Assembly: GCA_027001995.1 (NCBI GenBank) | Contig: JALTLO010000177.1 | Coordinates: forward strand, 39,814-103,813 | From: Planctomycetota bacterium | Lineage (GTDB): Bacteria; Planctomycetota; GCA-002687715; DRQF01 | Reading direction: 5' to 3' | Length of the DNA stretch: 64,000 bases | Shown: piece after piece, positions 57,882 through 64,000 of the stretch | How positions within the stretch are numbered: position 1 is the first letter of the stretch | How the letters are laid out: each line of letters opens with the position of its first letter | Program-made: the position numbers and the translations under genes | The notes under the pieces: generated by a model | Database searches by the model: none | The model's input: the letters and a program-made list of their open reading frames with translations, nothing else | Told to the model about the DNA's origin: nothing

Positions 57882-60800
57882 ATGCCCCAGTTTCATTTGT
57901 TTATCGTTTGCCTTTTGTGCCTGGGGAGCGTTGATCCTGTCTCCGCCCAGTCCCAGGAGCGCGAATCATACCAGTTCGCCGCAGCCTTATTTGATCGCGG
58001 TCTGTATGCCCGGTCCATTCCCGCCTGGCGAACTTTCCTGAGAGAGTTTCCTCAGGTTCAGAAAGCGTCTCAAGCACGTTTTCATTTGGCCGAATCACTT
58101 TTTCAAACGAATGATCAGGAAGGAGCCCTCCAGCAATTCTCCCAGTTCCTCCGGAGTAACCCGAAGAAATTCAAGCGAGAAGCCGGCCTTCGAACGGGGG
58201 AGATTCAAGCGAGTTTGGGGCATTTACCGCAAGCGATTGAGGCTTTCGAGATTGCTCGGAAGAAACCTGGAGACTCGATTTGGCTGGCAGCTACCCATGG
58301 AAGTGCGGAAGCCCACTTGAAGCTCAAGCAACCCCAAAAAGCCCGTGCTCTGTTCTTGGCGATTCTCCGCACGAAAGACAATGATCTTTATCGGGCCAAC
58401 GCCGCTCTCGCCCTGGGATTTCTCGCATTCGAATCTGGGGAGTTCGAGGAAGCAAGGAAGAACTTTGCTGCGGTTCCAGGGAAAGAATGTGAACCTTCTA
58501 TGGCGGTGGAATCACTATTAATGTTGGGCGAGTCCGAATTCAAACTTAAGAAATATGGTGCAGCAGTTGACGCTTTTCGTCAGGTCATTCAGGCTCGCAT
58601 TCCGGAGTTCTCTGCCGATGCCTGGATCGGGCTGGCGAAAGTGGCGATTCGACGCGATCAACCGGAGGCCGCCAAAACGAGTATCGAAAAAGCGATGGGC
58701 CTGGGCAATGGCACCAAGATTGCGCAGACGGTGATTCGCGAAGCAGCTCTCTTACATGAAGGCGGAAAAACCCAATTCGGGTTGGAGATTCTGAAGACGA
58801 TCCCAGCAACCACAGCAGGCATTGGCAAAGACCTCAGCTACTGGCGGGGAGTTTTGGCCAGCGAGAGCGGAGATTCTGCTTCGGGTTTGAAAGCTCTTGA
58901 GGCGTCCGTCGCCCAAGGTTCAACCCCCACACGCACCTATCGACTTGCTGATGCCCTTATGCGAGCCGGAAGGTTCGAAGATGCTGTTCGAAGGTTTGCT
59001 GAGTTGGAGAGTGAAAGTGTTGATGCAAGAATGCGCTATGAAGCGCGTTTCTCCCGGGGATTTTGTCTGTCTCAACTTGGTCGACATGAAGAGGCTGCTC
59101 GGGTCTTTCGGCTTCTTGATCGGGAAGGAGTCGCCCTTGAACTTCGTCTGGACGCAGCCATGGCGCGAGGAGAGAGCCTCTTTGAGGAGGAGGAGTACAG
59201 GACAGCTCTCGGGGTGTATGCTTCCGTCCAAGAAAGGTGCCAAGAAGATGAACTACGCAAACAAGCGATCTACAAGCAAGGATGGTGTTACTTCAAATTG
59301 AAACAGTTCGAGAATGCCCTCGGCCAGTTTCAAACCATCATGAACAATCCAGCAGACCCGGCCATGGCAGCGGAAGCGTCTCATTTATCTGCTCGTTGCC
59401 TAAAAGAACTGGGACGAAACAAAGAGGCGTTAGAGCTGCACAAGAAAGTGGCGACGCATTTAGGGAGCCAAGGGGGTGTTGGCATTTGGTCGATCATGAT
59501 TTTGGCCGACAACGCCCTTCAAAGGGAGAGGCCGGAGGAAGCGCTTAGGTATTACGTTAAGGCAAATGAAGGCAAGCTTGATGAGCAGACTGGGGCGGCC
59601 GTTCTTTTTGGAATCGCGGCATCCTTAAGTGCTTGCGGTCGCGATGAAGAAGCTGAGGAGGCTTACAGCCGCTTCATAACTGTTTATCCCGAAAATGAAC
59701 GCATCAACGAAGCACGTTTAGGTCTATCTTGGGCTCTCTTCAGGCAAGGTGCGATGGCCAGAGCCAGGCAATCTTGCAAGAAAAAGTTGAAGGATCTGGT
59801 CTTCGATGGAGAGAGGATTTTCATTGCCGGCCTCATCGAACGCGGTGCCAACAATCATCAAGTTGCCGCCGACTTGTTCCAGCAAGTGGTCGATCTGGAT
59901 CCACCTCATAGTCGAAAGAACGAGGCGATGTTCTTGGGCGGGCTGTCCAGTGCCAAGTATGGGGCCAATGCCCAAGCTCTTAGGCTTCTTCAAGGTTTTC
60001 TTGACGGTGATGGTTCCCCTGAGGATAAGGCCACTGCACTTTATGAACTTGGGTTCGTTTACCAGAAGATGAAGTTGGCTGTCAAGGAGGAAGCGACCTT
60101 TATTAGGCTGGTAGAAGAATACCCCCAGAGCAGCTATGCGGCTGACTCGGCATTTCGTGCGGGAGAAAGCCTTTACGCTCGAGAACACTATGAGACGGCA
60201 TTCTCGGCCTATGAGTTTTGTGCCAAAAAAGACGCCGATGGCGAGTTGGGGCGAAAGGCCGCTTACAAAGGAGCTTGGTCTAAACTGAAGCTCGGCGACT
60301 TCCAGGCGGCATCCCAATTCTTTGTGCTTTGCTCCACCAAGGGAGGTCCTCTGGCTGCTGAGTCCCACTTTCAGGCAGGGACTTGTTTCTACGAATTGAA
60401 GAAATTTGATGAGTCTTTGAAGCATTTTCAAGTTTTGGTGGACAATTATCGAACCCACGAATTGGCGAAACCAGCAAGTTTCCGGGTCTTGACCCTTCTT
60501 GCACATTTAGGCCGTCACCGTGAGGTACTGGAAGGGGCGGGGTCAACGTTGTCTGTAGAAGCCAAAGATGCTTGGAGTCTGGAGGCCTGGTCCGCAGCAG
60601 GGGATTCAGCTAGAGAACTCAAAGTCTATGGAACAGCGATCCGAGCCTATCAGCATGTGGCGGAATTTGGTGCTCGGGTGGAGGCTGCCCGGGCACGCTA
60701 CTTCGCTGCTGATTGCATTTTGGCTTCTCAGAGCAAGGAGAAAGCTGTAGACGCTTTCCTAAAGGTGTCTATTTTTCATCAAGACGACCAATGGTGCGCC

Positions 60801-60962
60801 AAGGGATTAGAGCGGGCCGCCGTGCTGCTTGAATCTCTCGGTCGACCGGGAGAAGCTCTCAAGATCTGGCGCGACCTGAAAAAACGCTATCCATCCCAAC
60901 CAGGGGCCAAGACTGCGCAAACACACATTTCTGCCCTCAACGACAAGGAAGAATCAAAATGA
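57882..60962 (+). CDS. Large exported TPR protein (CpoB/BamD-like repeated units)
   Basis: Signal peptide and many units such as FLREFP…ARFHLAE, FITVYP…ARLGL, LVEEYPQS…SAFRAGE. Confidence 0.88.
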   Translation: MPQFHLFIVCLLCLGSVDPVSAQSQERESYQFAAALFDRGLYARSIPAWRTFLREFPQVQKASQARFHLAESLFQTNDQEGALQQFSQFLRSNPKKFKREAGLRTGEIQASLGHLPQAIEAFEIARKKPGDSIWLAATHGSAEAHLKLKQPQKARALFLAILRTKDNDLYRANAALALGFLAFESGEFEEARKNFAAVPGKECEPSMAVESLLMLGESEFKLKKYGAAVDAFRQVIQARIPEFSADAWIGLAKVAIRRDQPEAAKTSIEKAMGLGNGTKIAQTVIREAALLHEGGKTQFGLEILKTIPATTAGIGKDLSYWRGVLASESGDSASGLKALEASVAQGSTPTRTYRLADALMRAGRFEDAVRRFAELESESVDARMRYEARFSRGFCLSQLGRHEEAARVFRLLDREGVALELRLDAAMARGESLFEEEEYRTALGVYASVQERCQEDELRKQAIYKQGWCYFKLKQFENALGQFQTIMNNPADPAMAAEASHLSARCLKELGRNKEALELHKKVATHLGSQGGVGIWSIMILADNALQRERPEEALRYYVKANEGKLDEQTGAAVLFGIAASLSACGRDEEAEEAYSRFITVYPENERINEARLGLSWALFRQGAMARARQSCKKKLKDLVFDGERIFIAGLIERGANNHQVAADLFQQVVDLDPPHSRKNEAMFLGGLSSAKYGANAQALRLLQGFLDGDGSPEDKATALYELGFVYQKMKLAVKEEATFIRLVEEYPQSSYAADSAFRAGESLYAREHYETAFSAYEFCAKKDADGELGRKAAYKGAWSKLKLGDFQAASQFFVLCSTKGGPLAAESHFQAGTCFYELKKFDESLKHFQVLVDNYRTHELAKPASFRVLTLLAHLGRHREVLEGAGSTLSVEAKDAWSLEAWSAAGDSARELKVYGTAIRAYQHVAEFGARVEAARARYFAADCILASQSKEKAVDAFLKVSIFHQDDQWCAKGLERAAVLLESLGRPGEALKIWRDLKKRYPSQPGAKTAQTHISALNDKEESK

Positions 60963-61729
60963 ACTCTCTCCGCAAAACTCTTCTGTCTTCTTTGTTCTTA
61001 CTTTTCTTCGTTGCGCCCATTTTTGCAGCGGAGGGCAAACCTCTGGCTGGGGTCAAGGACCTCTTTGACAAGGGGGGCTTTGTCATGATGATCATTGTTG
61101 GTCTGTCGGTCATTGGCGTAGCCCTGGCTTGCGAGCGTTTGGTCAGTCTTCGGCAGGCTAAACTGGTACCGAGCAATCTAAAGACGGCGGTTGCGACTGC
61201 AAGAAATGTTGGGTCAATCGATCAATTGAAATCTCTTGTCGATCAAGGGAAGACCCCATTGGCTCGTATCCTCAAAGTTGGTTTGGCCCGTGCGAGTGGA
61301 GGAATCCCAGAAATGGAAAGGGCCATGGAATCTCAGGGTGCCTTGGAGAGTGATCGACTGATGCGCCCAATTCGGCCCATTGGCATTTTGGCACAAGTCG
61401 AACCCCTACTTGGCTTGTTGGGAACAATCTTGGGCATGATTACCACCTTCAATTTGCTCCACACCACGTCTGCGGCTGAGAGGGTCACAACGTTGGCGCC
61501 GGGTATTGGCCAAGCCCTTTATACGACGGCTGCTGGCCTTGCCATTGCGATTCCTTTCGTTCTGATGCATCACCACCTCCAGGGCCGAGTCATGCGGGCA
61601 ACAGAAGAATGGAGTGTCCTCGGAACCGATCTCGTTGATCTTGTGTTTCAACCCTCAGTTGCAGCCAGAACGAAATCTGAGGCGACCCCGGTCCTGCCTT
61701 CTTCCCTAGAAGAGGCAGAACAAGCATGA
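60959..61729 (+). CDS. exbB: MotA/TolQ/ExbB proton channel family protein
   Basis: GGFVMMII, PLLGLLGTILGMI, GIGQALYTTAAGLAIAIP. ATGA overlap with the upstream gene. Confidence 0.92.
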   Translation: MNSLRKTLLSSLFLLFFVAPIFAAEGKPLAGVKDLFDKGGFVMMIIVGLSVIGVALACERLVSLRQAKLVPSNLKTAVATARNVGSIDQLKSLVDQGKTPLARILKVGLARASGGIPEMERAMESQGALESDRLMRPIRPIGILAQVEPLLGLLGTILGMITTFNLLHTTSAAERVTTLAPGIGQALYTTAAGLAIAIPFVLMHHHLQGRVMRATEEWSVLGTDLVDLVFQPSVAARTKSEATPVLPSSLEEAEQA

Positions 61730-62154
61730 AGATCAACGGACCAGAACAGCGGGACGGTGACCTCATCAACCTGACTCCCCTGATCGATATCGTATTCCTG
61801 TTGCTCATCTTCTTCATGGTGACGTCGAGTTTTAAGGAAGACGAGAGAGATTTGAAGGTCGTCTTGCCCGGTGCTCAAAATGCTGACCCCATCAAAAACC
61901 TACCGGAGCTTCTTTTGGTAAGCGTCCGCGAAAACGGTGATTTCTATGTGGGGACTCAGCGTTTAGATCGTGAAGAATTGCGAACCTTATTTGAGCGAGC
62001 AAAAGAAAAAAACGGCAAGCAGAAAGTTCTCATTCGAGCTGACCAAGATACGGCTATTCAGCACTTTGTCGTGGTCATCGACTTGTGCGCAGGTCTCGGG
62101 ATTTCAGCGTCTTTGGCAACCATGGAAACAGGCTCTGCCGAAGGAGGTGGTTGA
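61726..62154 (+). CDS. exbD: ExbD/TolR biopolymer transport protein
   Basis: INLTPLIDIVFLLLIFFMVT with the conserved Asp, and VLIRAD. ATGA overlap. Confidence 0.93.
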   Translation: MKINGPEQRDGDLINLTPLIDIVFLLLIFFMVTSSFKEDERDLKVVLPGAQNADPIKNLPELLLVSVRENGDFYVGTQRLDREELRTLFERAKEKNGKQKVLIRADQDTAIQHFVVVIDLCAGLGISASLATMETGSAEGGG

Positions 62155-64000
62155 TTGAAGCGCCTGACGTTGAGACTCTTGGGTTTTGCTCTTGTCGTCT
62201 CCCTGGTCTTGGCCATGACGTTGGAGGACTTGCCGGGGACACGGGTTTTTTCCGACGGTAAGTCTGAGCAACCCTTGGAAGTATGGCAGAGTGCGTCCCG
62301 ATTTGTCTGGGAGGACAAAGGGGAGATCATGGATGGGGCTTTAGGTTCTTTTCGAGGAGCCGTTGTTTCGCCCCAGGACGGCTCTCTCTATTTTGCCAAA
62401 CGCGATCGAGATTCTTGGAATCTCTATCGGTCCCGTCGAGGGACTTTGATCGGAGAATTCTCTGAGCCAGAGCCTATCTTTGAGTTGAACAGCGAGCGGA
62501 ACGACCGAGAACCGGCTTTCACTCCCGATGGGAGGACCTTGGTCTTCACCAGTGATCGTTTAGGGGACTACGACTTATTTGTCTGCCATTGGAACGGTGA
62601 GACATTTTCTCAGCCGAAACCCATAGACCGCACCTGTACCGAGGATGACGAGCGTCAACCTTACTTCTCCCATTTAGGGGAGCTGTATTACTTCTGTGTC
62701 GATGGTTCTTCTGGTTCTTATGCCCCCCAAGCAATCGACATGTTCTTGCCAGAATCACTGCCAGTCCCTGGGGAATCGATTTGGCCAGATCGTTTCGAGG
62801 TCCAGTCGGTCTCCACGGATTCCCAAGGAAGAGTTTTTCTTCTGTCGGCCAGGGTGAGTGAAAAGGGTGACTTTGACCTCTACCGCGTGGTGCGACATGC
62901 TGGCCAATATGGTGAGCCTAAGTTGATTGCCGCCTTGAGTGGTGAAGAAGACGAACTTGATCCACGATTCTCTCCCAACGGGAATTTACTTTTTAGCAGA
63001 CGCTCTCCCGAGGGAGGTGGCTTGGACTACAGCATTCATAGAGCGGCACTACATGAACTAGATGTGCGCTCGGTGGAATCCGCATTTTGGACTATGTTGT
63101 CTCGGATCCTGATGGCGATTGTGGCTCTGCTTATTGCCGGATATTTGGCCCTTCGATGGAAGCAATTGCATCCTTTCTTGAAGTTCCTACTCCTGTCGAT
63201 CTTGATTCATCTCCTCTTGATGCTTTACGTTGATCCTCTTGGCAATAGTGAAGTGGGTACTGGTGATGATGCTCCTTCAGGATTTGCTGTCACATATTTG
63301 CAACAACGACATGACAAGGCTGAATTTGAAAACGCCGCTGGCGGAGCTATGAGTCGGTTGGTGGCTCAGAGATCTTCTCCCAGCCAAAGACCGGTCACTG
63401 AGATCAGGGAAGAAGAAGTGAACTGGGATGCCCAGGAATTCGTTTCGGCCCCTCGGGAAACGCTTCAGGGCGAAGAAGCTCCAAAGACGCCCCCTGTCCA
63501 ACGTCAAAGTGAGTCTCCTCTGTTGGAGAAGACGCAGCTGCCTTCTCAGAACTTGGCAGGGGGAGGGGCTGCTCGTCCCGTCTCCCTGGAGATGGAAACT
63601 TTGCTATTGAATGCAAGTGGTGTATCGATCAGTCAAGTCAAAACGGTTGTATCGAAAGCCGAGCCTCACCGTCCCAAATCGACCAGAGTTCTGGAGAAAG
63701 GGAGGGCCAAGAGTTTTGTGCAGGCCCCGAAATCTTCCGTCTCATCGCGACTCGAAATTACAGCCTTGGTTGAAGGAAAATCCCGCCGGGAACGAGAAAT
63801 CAAAGCGACAAAGCTGGAATCAATGGCAACGTCAAATGACTCCCGACCGGTGACGAAGCGTCGAGAGGTCTTGGCGGGTGTCGAAAGGCTCAAGCCAGGT
63901 AAGGTCGGCTTGCGTAGTCAGGTGAGTGTCATCGAAAAACCTATGGCGTATGTCAGCCGTCGACGAAGTCGAAGGACTGAATTACGTCCATCGGCGGTCA
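62155..64000 (+). CDS. TolB-like PD40/WD40 propeller, two TM helices (the second with SxxxH) and a low-complexity linker; truncated by the window end
   Basis: Not in the ORF track. TTG at 62155 follows AAGGAGG, and my manual translation found no stop up to 64000. Motifs DREPAFTPDGRTLVFTSDR, DYDLF, DELDPRFSPNG, LLLSILIHLLL. Confidence 0.88.
   Translation, partial: MKRLTLRLLGFALVVSLVLAMTLEDLPGTRVFSDGKSEQPLEVWQSASRFVWEDKGEIMDGALGSFRGAVVSPQDGSLYFAKRDRDSWNLYRSRRGTLIGEFSEPEPIFELNSERNDREPAFTPDGRTLVFTSDRLGDYDLFVCHWNGETFSQPKPIDRTCTEDDERQPYFSHLGELYYFCVDGSSGSYAPQAIDMFLPESLPVPGESIWPDRFEVQSVSTDSQGRVFLLSARVSEKGDFDLYRVVRHAGQYGEPKLIAALSGEEDELDPRFSPNGNLLFSRRSPEGGGLDYSIHRAALHELDVRSVESAFWTMLSRILMAIVALLIAGYLALRWKQLHPFLKFLLLSILIHLLLMLYVDPLGNSEVGTGDDAPSGFAVTYLQQRHDKAEFENAAGGAMSRLVAQRSSPSQRPVTEIREEEVNWDAQEFVSAPRETLQGEEAPKTPPVQRQSESPLLEKTQLPSQNLAGGGAARPVSLEMETLLLNASGVSISQVKTVVSKAEPHRPKSTRVLEKGRAKSFVQAPKSSVSSRLEITALVEGKSRREREIKATKLESMATSNDSRPVTKRREVLAGVERLKPGKVGLRSQVSVIEKPMAYVSRRRSRRTELRPSAV

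Overview
Chromosomal DNA from a bacterium, most likely a member of the Planctomycetota. This is inferred from the Ser/Thr kinase-TPR fusion, the many exported HEAT/TPR proteins, the FG-GAP beta-propellers and SMUG1. The window holds about 45 densely packed CDSs. I saw no rRNA, tRNA, CRISPR array or mobile element. Recognisable housekeeping genes are a CCA-adding enzyme, dxr-rseP, a large NAD-glutamate dehydrogenase, xth, smug1, hrpB, an MscK-like channel, sodB, yjbQ and exbB/exbD. The main findings are: (1) a ~125-155 aa C-terminal domain shared by exported proteins with different N-terminal domains (a di-heme peroxidase, two FG-GAP proteins and possibly a GT-C-like membrane protein), which is a candidate lineage-specific sorting or surface-anchoring signal; (2) an operon of TPR, exbB, exbD and a TolB-like PD40 propeller fused to a TonB/TolA-type SxxxH anchor, whose last ORF is missing from the supplied track; (3) a translationally coupled pilin-like gene plus two dynamin-like GTPases with DxPD G3 motifs; (4) a collapsed pseudogene copy of the 7-repeat FG-GAP gene; (5) an operon of two apparently catalytically degenerate enzymes; and (6) an xth-smug1 base-excision-repair pair. 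All calls come from reading motifs by eye; no database searches were run.
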